Positions 1-12,589 of a stretch of 64,000 nucleotides of DNA are shown here, in pieces. The DNA lies in assembly GCA_004431415.1 (NCBI GenBank), contig QPMI01000406.1, positions 1,584 to 65,583 on the forward strand, read 5' to 3'. The notes below the pieces were generated by a model. The model searched no databases. It had not been told where the DNA came from and saw only the letters and a list, made by a program, of their open reading frames with translations. This DNA is from Cyanophora paradoxa CCMP329. Lineage: Eukaryota > Plantae > Glaucophyta. The position numbers and the translations under genes were made by a program. Positions within the stretch are counted from its first letter, which is position 1. Every line of letters begins with the position of its first letter.

Positions 1-3000
1 CCGCATAACCTGCTTGCGCAGGGCAGGCCGCCGCTGGCTCGCATGCAGCGCTCCCGCTGGAGCCAAGGCTCCACCTCCGCCCGAGGTCTGCAGCGACCTC
101 GCGCGGCCCGGCAACGCCGCCGGCTCGCGCCTCCGCTGACTGCTGGCGCAGGGCGGGCGGCGAGGTCCAAAAATCGACCTCGCGCAGCCCCGCATCACCG
201 CTCGACCGCCGCCGCTGCTGACCTGCTTGCCAAGGCGGCCGGCCGCTGGCTCGCATATAACACTCCCGGGCTGGAGCCCAGGGCCCACCTCCGCCCGAGG
301 TCCGTCACGGCCTCGCGCGGCCCCGCGCTGCCGCTCGACCGCGCCGCCGCATAACCTGCTTGCGCAGGGCGGGCCGGCCGCTGGCTCGACCGCGGCGCCC
401 TCCGGCGGGAGCCCAGGGCTCCACCTCCGCCAGAGGTCCGTCACGGCCTCGCGCGGCCCCACACTGCCGCTCGACCCGCCGCCGCCGCATAACCTGCTTG
501 CGCAGGGCGGGCCGGCCGCTGGCTCGACCGCGGCGCCCTCCGGCGGGAGCCCAGGGCTCCACCTCCGCCAGAGGTCCGTCACGGCCTCGCGCGGCCCCAC
601 ACTGCCGCTCGACCCGCCGCCGCCGCATAACCTGCTTGCGCAGGGCAGGCCGGCCGCTGGCTCGCATGCAGCGCTCCCCGGCTGGAGCCCAAGGCTCCAC
701 CTCCGCCCCGAGGTCTGCAGCGACCTCGCGCGGCCCGGCAACGCCGCCCGGCTCGCCGCCTCCGCCTGACCTGCTGGCGCAGGGCGGGCCGGCGAGGTCC
801 AAAAATCGACCTCGCGCAGCCCCGCATCACGCTCGACCGCCGCCGCTGCCTGACCTGCTTGCCAAGGCGGGCCGGCGCTGGCTCGCATATAACACTCCGG
901 GCTGGAGCCAGGGCCCCACCTCCGCCCGAGGTCCGTCACGGCCTCGCGCGGCCCGCGCTGCCGCTCGACCGCCGCCGCCGCATAACCTGCTTGCGCAGGG
1001 CGGGCCGGCCGCTGGCTCGACCGCGGCGCCTCCGGCGGGAGCCCAGGGCTCCACCTCCGCCAGAGGTCCGTCACGGCCTCGCGCGCCCCGCGCTGCCGCT
1101 CGACCCGCCGCCGCCGCATAACCTGCCTGCGCAGGGCCGGCCGCTGGCTCGCATGCAGCGCCCCCGGCTGGAGCCCAGGGCTCCGCTCCGCCCCGAGGTC
1201 CGTCACGGCTTCGCGCGGCCCGCGCTGCCGCTCGACCTGCCGCCGCCGCGTAACCTGCTTGCGCAGGGCGGGTTGGCCGCTGGCTCGCATGCAGCGCCCC
1301 CCGGCCGGAGCCCAGGGATCCACCCCCGCCCGAGGTCCGTTCACGGCCTCGCGCGGCCCGCGCTGCCGCTCGACCCGCCGCCACCGCATAACCTGCTTGC
1401 GTAGGACGGGCCGGCCGCGGGCTCGCATACCGCGCTCCCCGGCTGGAGTCCAGGGCGCCACCTCCGCCCCGAGGTCCGTCACGGCTCGCGCGGCCCCGCG
1501 CCGCCGCTCGACCGGCCGCCGCCGCATCACCTGCTCGCGCAGGGCGGGCCGGCCGCTGGCTCGCATGCAGCGCCCCGGCTGGAGCCCAGGGCGCCGCCTC
1601 CGCCCCGAGGTCCGTCACGGCCTCGCGCGGCCCGCGCTGCCGCTCGACTCGCCGCCGCGCATACCCTGCTTACGCAGGGCGGGCCGGCCGCTGGCTCGCA
1701 TGCAGCGCTCCCCGGCTGGACCCCAGGGCTCCACCGCTGCCCCGAGGTCCGTAGCGACCTCGCGCGGCCCCGCGCCGCCGCTTTACCCGCCGCCGCCGCA
1801 TAACCTGCTTGCGCAGGGCAGGCCGGCCGTGGGCTCGCATGCAGCGCCCCCCGGCTGGAGCCCAGGGCTCCGCCGCTGCCCCGAGGTCCGTCACGGCTTC
1901 GCGCGGCCCCGCGCTGCCGCTCGACTCGCCGCCGCCGCATACCCTGCTTGCGCAGGGCGGGCCGGCCGCTGGCTCGCATGCAGCGCTCCCCGGCTGGACC
2001 CCAGGGCTCCACCGCTGCCCCGAGGTCCGTCACGGCCTCGCGCAGCCCCGCGCTGCCGCTCGACCGGCCGCCGCCGCATAACCTGCTTGCGCAGGGCAGG
2101 CCGGCCGCGGGCTCGCATGCAGCGCTCCCCGGCTGGAGCCCAGGGCTCCACCGCTGCCCCGAGGTCCTTCACGGCCTCGCGCGGCCCCGCGCTGCAGCTC
2201 GGCGTACCGCCACTGCCTGACCTGCTGGCGCAGGGCGGGCCGGCCGTTGGCTCGTCCGCCGCGCTCTCCGGCTGGAGCTCAAGGCTCCACCGCCGCCCCG
2301 AGGTCCGTCACGGCTTCGCGCGGCCCCGCGCTGCCGCTCGACCGGCCGCCGCCGCATAACCTGCTTGCGCAGGGCGGGCCGGCCGCTGGCTCGCATGCAG
2401 CGCTCCCCAGCTGGAGCCCAGGGCTCCACCTTCGCCCCGAGGCCTGTCAAGGCCTCGCGCGGCCCCGCGCTGCCGCTCGACCCGCCGCCGCCGCATTACC
2501 TGCCTGCGCAGGGCCGGCCGCTGGCTCGCGGCTCGCATGCAGCGCCCCCCGGCTGGAGCCCAGGGCTCCGCCTCCGCCCCGAGATCCGTCACGGCTTCGC
2601 GCGGCCCCGCGCTGCCGCTCGACTCGCCGCCGCCGCATACCCTGCTTGCGCAGGGCGGGCCGGCCGCTGGCTCGCATGCAGCGCTCCCCAGCTGGAGCCC
2701 AGGGCTCCACCTTCGCCCCGAGGTCAGTCACGGCCTCGTGCAGCCCCGCGCTGCTGCTCGACCCGCCGCCACCGTAGAACCTGCTTGCGCAGGGCGGGTT
2801 GGCCGCTGGCTCGCATGCAGCGCCCCCCGGCTGGAGTCCAGGGCGCCACCTCCGCCCCGAGGTCCGTCACGGCCTCGCGCAGCCCCGCACTGCTGCTCGA
2901 CCTGCCGCCGCCGCATAACCTGCTTGCGCAGGGCAGGCCGGCCGCGGACTCGCATGCAGCGCTCCCCGGCTGGACCCCAGGGCTCCACCCCTGCCCCGAG

Positions 3001-5480
3001 GTCCTTCACGGCCTCGCGCGGCCCCGCGCTGCAGCTCGGCGTACCGCCACTGCCTGACCTGCTGGCGCAGGGCGGGCCGGCCGTTGGCTCGTCCGCCGCG
3101 CTCTCCGGCTGGAGCTCAAGGCTCCACCGCCGCCCCGAGGTCCGTCACGGCTTCGCGAGGCCCCGCGCTGCCGCTCGACCGGCCGCTGCCGCATCACCTG
3201 CTTGCGCAGGGCGGGCCGGCCGCTGGCTCGCATGCAGCGCCCCCCGGCTGGAGCCCAGGGCTCCGCCGCTGCCCCGAGGTCCGTCACGGCTTCGCGCGGC
3301 CCCGCGCTGCCGCTCGACCCGCCGCCGCCGCATAACCAGCCTGCGCAGGGCCGGCCGCTGGCTCGCATGCAGCGCCCCCCGGCTGGAGCCCAGGGCTCCT
3401 CCTCCGCCCCGAGGTCCGTCACGGCTTCGCGCGGCCCCGCGCTGCCGCTCGACTCGCCGCCGCCGCATACCCTGCTTGCGCAGGGCAGGCCGGCCGCGGG
3501 CTTGCATGCAGCGCTCCCCGGCTGGACCCCAGGGCTCCACCTTCGCCCCGAGGTCCTTCACGGCCTCGCGCGGCCCCGCGTTGCAGCTCGGCGTACCGCC
3601 ACTGCCTGACCTGCTGGCGCAGGGCGGGCCGGCCGTTGGCTCGTCCGCCGCGCTCTCCGGCTGGAGCTCAAGGCTCTACCGCCGCCCCGAGGTCCGTCAC
3701 GGCTTCGCGCGGCCCCGCGCTGCCGCTCGACCGGCCGCTGCCGCATCACCTGCTGGCGCAGGGCGGGCCGGCCGCTGGCTCGTCCGCCGCGCTCTCCGGC
3801 CTGGAACCCAGGGCTCCACCTCCACCCCAAGGTCCGTTCACGGCCTCGCACGGCCCCACGCCACCACCCGGCTTGCCGCCGCCGCCTGACCTGCGGGTGC
3901 AGGGCGGGCCGGCCGCTGGCCCGCCCACCGCGCTCTCCTGCTGGAGCTCAAGGCTCCACCACCTCCCCGAGGTCTGCAGCGACCTCGCGCGGCCCGGCGC
4001 CGCCGCCCGGCTCGCTGCCTCCGCCTGACCGGCTGGCACAGGGCGGGCGGACCTTAGCCTGTCCGCGGCCGTCGGACGTTTCCTGGCTGGAGCTCAAGGC
4101 TCCGCCACCGCCCAAGGCGGGCCGGCCGGTGGACCGCGCGCAGCGCCTCCTGCGGTAGCTAAAAACTCCGCCTCCGCCCGAAGGTCCGTAGCGGCCTCGC
4201 GATCGCGCGGTCCGCGCCGCCGCTCTACCGCTACCGCCGTCAGACCTACTCGCGAAGGGCAGGCCGGTCGCTGGCTCGCCAGCAGCGCTCTCCTGCTGGA
4301 GCTCAAGCCTCCACCACCGCCCGAGGTCTGCAGCGACTCGCACGGCCCCGCGCCGCCGCTCGCTCTCCGCCGCCGCCTCGCCTGCTGGCGCAGGGCGGGC
4401 CAGCCTCTGGCTCGCCCGCGTCGCCCCCTGCTGGAGCTCAAGGCTCCTTCGCGACCCGAGGTCCGTCACGGCCTCGCGCGGCCCGCGCCGCCGCTCGACC
4501 CGCCGCCGCCGCTTATCCTGCTTGCGCAGGGCGGGCCGGCCCCTGGCTCGCCCGCAAGGCCCCCTGGCTGAAGCTCCAGGCCCCGCCATTAAACCGAGGT
4601 CTACTGCGACCTCGCGTGGCCCCGCGCCGCCGCTCGGCTCGCCGCCGCCACCTGACCTGCTTGCGCAGGGCGGGCCGGCCGCTGGCTCGCCCGCAGCGCC
4701 TCCTACTGAAGCTCAAAGCTCCGCCGCCGCCCCAAGGTCCGTGGCGACCTCGCGTGGCCCCATGCCACAGCTTGGCTCGCCACCGCCGCCTGACCTGCGT
4801 ACGCAAGGCGGGCCGGCCTCTGGCATGCCCGCGGCGCTCCCGGCTGGAGCGCGAGGCTCCACCACCTCCCCGAGGTCTGACGCGACCTCGCGCGGCCCAC
4901 ACTACCGCTCGGCCCGCTGCCATCGCTCCCCCAGCTTGCGTCGGGAGGGCCGGCCTCTAGCTCGCCCGCGACGCTTCCTGGCTGGAGCTCAAGGCTCCAC
5001 CCCCACCCCGAGGTCTGCAGCGACTTCGCGCGTTCCCGCGCCGCCACTGAGCTCGCCGCCGCCGCATAACCTGCTTGCGAAGGGCGGGCCGGCCTCTGGC
5101 TCGCCAGCAGCGCTCTCCTGCTGGAGCTCATGACCCCACCACCGCCCCGAGGTCCGCAACGACCTCGCGCGGCCCCAAGCCGCCGCCGCCTCGCCTGCTG
5201 GCGCAGGGTGGGCTGACCGCTGGCTCGCCCGCGGTGCTGTTCCACGGGCGCTCCAGGCCCTGAGGCCCCGCGACCGCTCCCGCGGTCTTATGCGGCCCCC
5301 ACCTCCGCGCGGCGCGCTTCCGCCGCCTAACCTGCTTGCACAGGGCAGGACGGTGGTGGGCTCGCTTTCGGTGCTCACCGGCTGGGATGGTTTTAGATTC
5401 CGCCGCGGCCCGAGGCCCGTAACGGCCTCGCGCGACTTCACGCCGACGCGCAGTGCGACCGCCTTGCCCGCCCTCCACCC
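1..5480. repeat. GC-rich tandem satellite, ~139-bp unit (roughly 39 copies), degenerating towards the right end; the array runs off the left edge of the window
   Basis: Recurring unit CCGCATAACCTGCTTGCGCAGGGCGGGCCGGCCGCTGGCTCGCATGCAGCGCTCCCCGGCTGGAGCCCAGGGCTCCACCTCCGCCCCGAGGTCCGTCACGGCCTCGCGCGGCCCCGCGCTGCCGCTCGACCCGCCGCCG with ~139-bp spacing (e.g. starts near 347, 486, 625). The unit length is not a multiple of 3, so the ORFs across it cycle frames and are spurious. Confidence 0.95.
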
Positions 5481-5861
5481 GTAGCGCGCCCCTGGCCCGC
5501 ACCGCCCAGCATGACTTGTCGGCGGCGGGGATCTGGCGGCGCCACTATCCAGCGCCGCCCCGGTTCGTCGACTGTCCCATAGGGGTACGGCGAGAACCCC
5601 CCAGCCTTCTGTGCCGGCTCGTTACCTCGGGCGTTTTGGCCCGCCCCGGCCCCATGTTGTTTGTCCGAATTCACGCTCTCTGCCCGTTCCTCCTGCAGCG
5701 CAGTGCGCTGGGGGAGGGAGGCCTAGCGTCTGGGACACGTGGGGTGGCAGGGGAAGGAGGAAGGAGAGGGGGGGAAGGGGGGAGGGCGAAACAACCTTCG
5801 CCCTCTTGCTCACTTTGTTCCTATGTATGCTATTCTGGCTGGCTGTGACCTGACTCTTGTT

Positions 5862-6411
5862 TGGTAGGGGTACTGCATTCGTGCTGCGTTCGCTACGCTC
5901 ACCCCGCGGCCTCCGGCGGCGGTACCCGGCTTCGGATCCCCGAACCGGAAGAAACCGCGTACCCCTCCCCGGGGTACGCCGTTCGCCCCAACCGGCCCCA
6001 CAAGGCGCGGCCCGAGGCCGAACGCGTACCCGGAGAGGGGTACGGCGTCAGAGCGGCCCCGATCAAGTGTACCCCGAGCGGGTACCCCGATCGGCCCCGC
6101 GACGGCCCGAGCGGAGTACCCCGAACGGGGTACACCGTCTCGACCCGCAACGGCCCTCCCCGGGGTACAGGCGCCTAGCACGCTTACCCCGGAGAGTTCT
6201 TGTTCCGGAACTCGCAAGGGCGAGGCCGGAATGGCATACGGCGATCCGCCCTGGTCGATCGCCAACGTATTATGATACGTGGTTCCCGGGAAAGCAGCCT
6301 TGAGCTGCCGTACCTCAGGGCCCAACCCGATGCGCTATCCCGTGCATCTAGCTAAGTAGTGTCGGGCGTAAGATAGCTAGGTCTTCTGCATTCGAATGAA
6401 GCGAGGCGTAA
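5862..6411. repeat. Direct repeat copy 1 (~550 bp, hairpin-rich)
   Basis: TGGTAGGGGTACTGCATTCG...GAAGCGAGGCGTAAA is near-identical to 7391-7949. The differences are mostly homopolymer length. Confidence 0.95.
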
Positions 6412-7390
6412 ATCGGGATTTGCGCTCTCAATGCGTAAATCGAGTTTTGCGCCGACGGAATGCGAACAAAGAAGACCGTAGCCGAGCGCCAGGCACGAAA
6501 GAGCTGAGCGACTCGCTAGCCGCGGTAGCTAGCGGCGCGAGGCGAGCACGGGATTAGCAGCAGGCTGCTGCGAGCGCCCCGCAAGGGACTAGCTGAGCTA
6601 GCCGTTGGGCCGAGCCGGCGGGCTTGAAGCCGCCGAGCTCCGAGGGGTACGCTGATTCGGGGTTTCCCTTCACGCCCAGCTTCGCTCGCGGCCGCCCCAG
6701 GCCACGGAGCGACCAGCGGCGAAGCGAAATCGCTCCCGCCCACCTCCCCGCGATTTTTCCTTCCGGGGCGCCGAACCTCGCCACCCAGCGAGCCCCGGCA
6801 CCGCGAAAAAGTTCGCGCAAAAAGGCAATGCATACGGCGACCAGCGCCAGCGTTCGCCGAGGGTATTATAATACGTGGTTCCTTGCCGTCTCCTGTGCAC
6901 ATGGTTCCGGACGCTACTCCCGCTCGGTGCCGACCACCAGCGCGGACGTGGTCGTGCACAGCTGATCCGTGGTAATTTACAATGGTTCCGTCGAAGATTC
7001 GCGATCGGGCACGAACCGCGCAGACTCGGTGTACCGGTCGTGATTCGTGTTTCCACGCGCGTCCGCTGGACCCACTTGTGCCGGGCCGGGGTCCAGCGCG
7101 CCCCCCAGAAACAGTCGCGCGGCTTCGTGGAGAATCTCGAGTTTTTCCCGCTGGGTTTTACCCTGTTTTCCTCTGGACCCGCGGGTGCCGAGCCGGGGTC
7201 CAGCGCGCATGACCGTTACGCGGTTTTCCCGCGGTAACTTGCTGGTTCTTCGAGTCTGCCGCCCCGGCGCGGGGGGAGACTTCGCGCATGATTCGGAGTC
7301 CTGGTGGTTTTTTGATGAGCCTCGGTTGTCGTACGTTGCACGACGCCTTGGTCTCATGGTCGTCTGCGGACGACGGGCACGCTACGCGTG

Positions 7391-7949
7391 TGGTAGGGGG
7401 TACTGCATTCGTGCTGCGTTCGCTACGCTCACCCCCGCGGCCTCCGGCGGCGGTACCCGGCTTCGGATCCCCGAACCCGGAAGAAACCGCGTACCCCTCC
7501 CCGGGGTACGCCGTTCGCCCCAACCGGCCCCACAAGGCGCGGCCCGAGGCCGAACGCGTACCCCGGAGAGGGGTACGGCGTCAGAGCGGCCCCGATCAAG
7601 TGTACCCCCGAGCGGGGTACCCCGATCGGCCCCGCGACGGCCCCGAGCGGAGTACCCCCGAACGGGGTACACCGTCTCGACCCGCAACGGCCCTCCCCGG
7701 GGTACAGGCGCCTAGCACGCTTACCCCGGAGAGTTCTTGTTCCGGAACTCGCAAGGGCGAGGCCGGAATGGCATACGGCGATCCGCCCTGGTCGATCGCC
7801 AACGTATTATGATACGTGGTTCCCGGGAAAGCAGCCTTGAGCTGCCGTACCTCAGGGCCCAACCCGATGCGCTATCCCGTGCATCTAGCTAAGTAGTGTC
7901 GGGCGTAAGATAGCTAGGTCTTCTGCATTCGAATGAAGCGAGGCGTAAA
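7391..7949. repeat. Direct repeat copy 2 (~560 bp, hairpin-rich)
   Basis: TGGTAGGGGGTACTGCATTCG...GAAGCGAGGCGTAAA matches 5862-6411. The two copies flank a ~980-bp non-coding spacer. Confidence 0.95.
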
Positions 7950-8531
7950 CGCGCAATCGTGAGACGCGCACAAGACAAGTCATGAACAGCATACGCACAA
8001 AGAAGCACGTATTCACTCGGCAAGTACATGCCAGGTGCAACTAAATGCAGCTCCGTGTCATCGGCCGCCATGATTATGAAGGAAGGCACCGCCGGATGGG
8101 TGCCCGGAGGGGCCGCTGGAAGGACCGCGGGAGGGGCCGCGGGAGGGGCCGCGGGAGGGGGCGCAGGCGGGGCCGAAGTGGGTGCCGCCGGGCGAGCTTG
8201 GATGACCGACGTGCTCGCCAGGACCGTCCTCGCCCCGCCGGGAGCCGATGCATATGGCGAGTTCAGGATGGGCGGCGCGCGCGGAGGCGGCGGCTGGCTC
8301 AAGACGGGAAGCTGAGGTGGATGGTTGGGACCCACGAAAGGCGAAGAAATGCTGCTTGTTCCTCGTACTAAGACGGCGCCTGGGACCGGTACCGCCGGAG
8401 GGCGCGGCGGCGCTGCCCTGTTGTCTCCGATGTACGCCAGGCCTTCCCAGAGCGCTTGGCCTCCCACCTCCTGGCGGCCCCCGCGCGTGAGTTGCGAAGA
8501 CGGATCTAGAGGCGGTGCGGCGCGCTCATGA

Positions 8532-9922
8532 TCACAGACCTTGGTCGACGCGCCCGACTCGACGTCCTGCGCGACGCGGACGATGATCATGAGTGCAAAG
8601 ACGGGCGCGAATGGCAACCGCAAGCGGTGAACTCGCCTTCGGACTCGCAGAAGCAGACGAAAGGGCGGCCGCCGCTGGCACCGCGCCCGCGGCTGCCAGA
8701 GGGGCCGCGGGAGGGGCCGCGGGAGGGGCTGCGGGAGGGGCCGTGCGAGGGGTCGCATCAGGAGCCGCAGGAGGGGCCACCAGAGGGGCCGCAGAGACCG
8801 CCGGAAGGGCAGCGGGAGGGGCCCTCAGAGGGGCCGATGCGGGAGGGACCGCGGGAGGGGCCGCGGCGCCGGCGGGAGCGGCTGCGGGAGGGGGCACAGG
8901 AGGGGTCGCGGGAAACGCCGCGGGTGAAGCTGGCGAAGGGGCCGCCTCAGGGGCTGCCCCAGGGGCCGCGGCCGGTCCAGTGCTCCGAACGAGGGCGCGA
9001 ACTGCCGCGAAGAGAGCCTGGAAGTACCAGGGCTCGACTCGGTCCAGGGCCCCTTCCTCCAGCCTCGCAAAGAGAGGGTCGCTCTTCGACTCGCGCCACT
9101 CGAAGTTCAGATCGGCGTCCGTGGGGCCGTCGGTGTGCCCGTGCCGACGATCAAGCCACTGCGCGGCGAGAATGCATCGGTCCCGAAATATCGCCGCATC
9201 CTGCACCCGACCCGCGCGCGTTAGGGGTATGAGTGGGTCGAGGGGAGGGGTAGCTGAGAGCCAAAGGCGCCGCTGACCTCGTCGGTCTGCATGTCGATGG
9301 TTGCTTTGGCCGTCCGTCCGCGCCAGGGGAAGGAAAACCGGTACCCGCCTCCGGCGCACCGCCGCACGCCCTTGAGCTTGAGATTCGCGTGCTCGCCGCC
9401 GTCGTCGCTGTCGCTCTGATCGCTCCCGCCGCCGTCGCTCTGAGTCTCCGGGGCGGGTTGTGCAGGAGAAGACGGCGGCAACTTCGGGTTGAGGTCGGGC
9501 GGCGCTTGCGGATCCGGAGGCGGGCCCGCGGCGGGCGGGAGCGATCCTCCCGGCGGCGCCGGCGCTGAAGAGAGCGCCCCCACCGCTTCGGAGCCGGCGC
9601 TGCGGTCAGGAGCGTCCCGCAGTGCTGCAGCTGGGCTCGCGGCCGCCGCATCTTGGTTCGGACTGCCCGATGAAGCGCTGGCGGCGCCGGCGACCGTCGC
9701 CGGCGCGGGAGTCGATGCGATTGATGCGGAGCGGGCCGTTGCTAACGCTACAGCCGCCCATGAAAACGGCCAGGGCGTGTGGGTCGCCGCGGCCGGCGCC
9801 GACGCCGCGGCCGCGGTACCGGCCGGCGCCGGCACCGCGGCCGGCGCCTCGGCTGGCGGCGGCGGGCTCTCCTCCGCCGGCTGGCTCGCAGGCGAGGCGA
9901 TGCTGGATGACTGCGCGCCCAT
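8532..9922 (-). CDS. Spliced gene for an Ala/Pro-rich protein with a divergent AP2-like DNA-binding domain
   Basis: Removing a GT-AG intron at 9277-9201 joins ...LKGVRRCAGGGYRFSFPWRGRTAKATIDMQTDE to DAAIFRDRCILAAQWLDRRHGHTDGPTDADLNF in frame. This matches the AP2 pattern GVR...(E)AA..xD.....xLNF. Both ends are uncertain, and the gene may continue to ~7.9 kb. Confidence 0.55.
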
Positions 9923-10905
9923 CTGCTACGTCCCCCTGCGTAGCCTCGTGCTCGCCGCGGCCGCGGTACGGTGCCGGGCGCCGCGCCGGCGCGAGCGGCG
10001 CGCCCGCGCCGCGTGGGCGGCCTCAACCTGCGGAGCGCTTCATCAGACACCGCGAGCGATGCGCACGCCTTCGCTATCGGCCATCTCTAGCAGGCAGCTG
10101 CAGCTGCGGCCCGCAGCTGCGCGGGTGCCGCGGCGGAAGCGAATCGCTAGATCGAGGGCCCGGAGAAGAGGGAACGCACTCACAGACGCTAGGAGCTGTT
10201 CGCGCGCCCTCCGCAAGTCTCGCTCCGCGTGCAGACGCTGTGACGCGGAGATAGTCGATCAGCCACTTTCTTCAGAGAGTGCTCTGCTTTACGTTTCCGC
10301 ACCCAACAGCGCGTCGTGCTCAACGCACACCCAGCACCGAAGTCTCAAACTGGGTGTACCCCTCTGGACCGGCGACCAGCCGCCGGGCACTGCCCGGCCC
10401 GAAGGCTGGGCCCACAGGCCAGCAATTGCAACAGCAATAGTATATCAGGATGAGCGCTTTAGATAGCGGCGATCGCGATCGGCTGGCCCCGTCTTCTCGA
10501 ACTCGAGCTCGTACGTATACGCGTGCGCGTCTGGGCCTGGGCCAGGGTCTAGGCCATGGTCCTGGCGCATTTGGGCACATAGCGCTGGCGCTAGCCGCGG
10601 CCCCGCGCGCGCGCGCGCCGCGCGCGGCCGACATCGACATCGCATGCGCATGCGCAGGCTTCAGGTTGATCTGCGGAGTGTTCATGTTACTTGCTGTCAC
10701 GGGGCTCGCGTCTGGAGCTGCATCTGGTCCGACGTCCGCGGCCGATCCGGATCCGTGCGCCGAGCTGCGCCCCGCCAACGTGACCCAGCGCTTCAAGGTG
10801 CACGCACCTGCATGCGCAGCGCGAGCGCCCGGCATTCTCATAGCTAGCCCCTTGTGGCTCGCGATGATGCATCTGGATGCTGATCATGAGATGGAACGTT
10901 AACAG

Positions 10906-12221
10906 ATGGCGCTGAATCTCACGGCCGCGGAGAAGAGCGGCCTGAGCTGGATCTCTACGCAGAGCAACACTGCTGAGTTCTGGGGGGCTTCGGGGGGCCG
11001 GCCCGGCGGGGTCCGGTCCCTCGGAGCCCGAGCTCGAGCCTGCGCCGACTGCTCATCCGCTGACGGGGAATGCCCGGGCCCGCAGGGAAAGATGAACGGC
11101 TACCCGCCTTCAGGGGAGGAGACGCGCATTTTTTGGCTGGAAGACTTCAGTGCGGCTCAGTACCAGCGACTTCAAGTTTGCGCACGTGCGTTTTGATGCC
11201 CCTTCTGACCATGATCGACTCGAATTCCCTTACCTCGTGTTCAGTTAATGGGAACGATGCGCCTTCCACATTTCAATTTTACTGCACGTTCCCAAATTCC
11301 GGCGGAGGCTCCTCCAACATCTGGATCAACGCCGAGAGCCCCTCTTCCTTCCCTGCTTCGGGGGTAATTATGTAATATAATCACATCTAAATTAACCGCC
11401 TCCCGGAGTCCCGTCCTCTGATCCCTAATCCCTCCTCGGGCCTAAAATTCCGCTTAGCTTATGATCAAGTCTAACAAGTCTAACATCTCAAAGCAGGCCA
11501 GTTTTTGGACCCACTACGCGGTCGTCCTAGACACGGACGCGGGGTACGCTCGGGCCACCATCTACATCAACGGGACCCGCTTCGGATCTACGAACCGAAC
11601 CATCTTCACCCTGCTCGTGTCCTCCCCGTACCCCCAGCCGAGAATCGTGATCCAGCTCGACCCGAACCCCTTGCGCGTCATGTACCCCTACACCATGACC
11701 AACGGCGGGTTCCTGTCCTTGCGAGAGGCACGTACCCTGCAGCGCGCCCCCCCCCCCCCCCCCAGCTTTTTATATTACTCATCGACATCGATCTCAAGGT
11801 CCGCTACTGGAGCCGCGCGCTTAACGCGTCGGAGATTCAGGACAACTGGGCCCGGAAGGTGGTCTACCGCAGCGAGCAGTACCCCTCCGTCCCATCACTG
11901 GTCATCAATGGTACCCCCTCCGATCTTTGAGCGTACGCCGACCGCCGGCGCCTGCTGACAAGCCGCCCAGTGCCGCTCACGCTGGGCGGCTTCTCGCCGG
12001 GGGCGCCGCTGTACCCCTCCAACTTCGTCAACGACGTGACGGGTACGGCGTTCTTCGACGCGGGCAGCACGACGCCCGCGGTCTTCGTGAGGCAGAACCT
12101 CACGGATGCCTTCCTGTGCGACCCGTACGGACCGCCGGCATCCTTGGAGGTCCGAGGCGGGGCCTCCATTCACCTCAGCGGCGGGAAAATCTGCCTCGGC
12201 GCCGTCGGCCTTCCGTGCTAA
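10906..12221 (+). CDS. Multi-exon gene for a LamG/concanavalin-A-like domain protein
   Basis: Coding segments WTHYAVVLDT...ATIYING and VRYWSRALNASEIQ are typical of LamG-like (Laminin_G_3) domains. They are separated by short introns, and the last exon ends ...CLGAVGLPC*. Confidence 0.65.
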
Positions 12222-12589
12222 TTATAATCGCGAGCTCGCGATGGGGGCCGGCGCGTGCCGCTCGCACTCTGGTCCCCGGAAACTCACGTTCGAATCGGTT
12301 CAGTTCCGCATTGCAATTGCAGCTGATCAGTTCCGCACGTTCAATCGATATCGGATATCGAGTATCTGTTGCAGCTGATCGAAGCCCTCTTTTTCTTGTC
12401 CGATTCGAATTCAGATTTTTCAAATATAACACCGTTAACTTTACATTTGTCGAGGGCCCTTGCCCCGCCGCTGCACATGCATGCATGCAGGGTCGAGTCG
12501 AGCTCGAGCGCGGTGCGGTGCATTCAAAGAGACGCGGGGGGGCTATCCGGCGATCTACACGTAAGCTGTCCTTAAGCTCATGATCAGGC

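Noticed and set aside
415-455. Satellite segment CTCCACCTCC...GGTCCG resembles the HDV antigenomic ribozyme core
   Set aside because: There is no proper P1 partner strand and no conserved C-x-A junction before P2'. Local hairpins explain the sequence better.
1-5480. CRISPR-like array
   Set aside because: Whole units repeat with no unique spacers, there are no cas genes, and the context is eukaryotic.
1-5500. Dozens of long Arg/Ala/Pro-rich ORFs on both strands
   Set aside because: They are artefacts of a stop-poor GC-rich 139-bp repeat, and the frame rotates every unit.
5862-7949. Autonomous LTR retrotransposon or hammerhead retrozyme
   Set aside because: I found no gag/pol, no TG...CA termini, no evident TSD or PBS, and no CTGANGA core on either strand.
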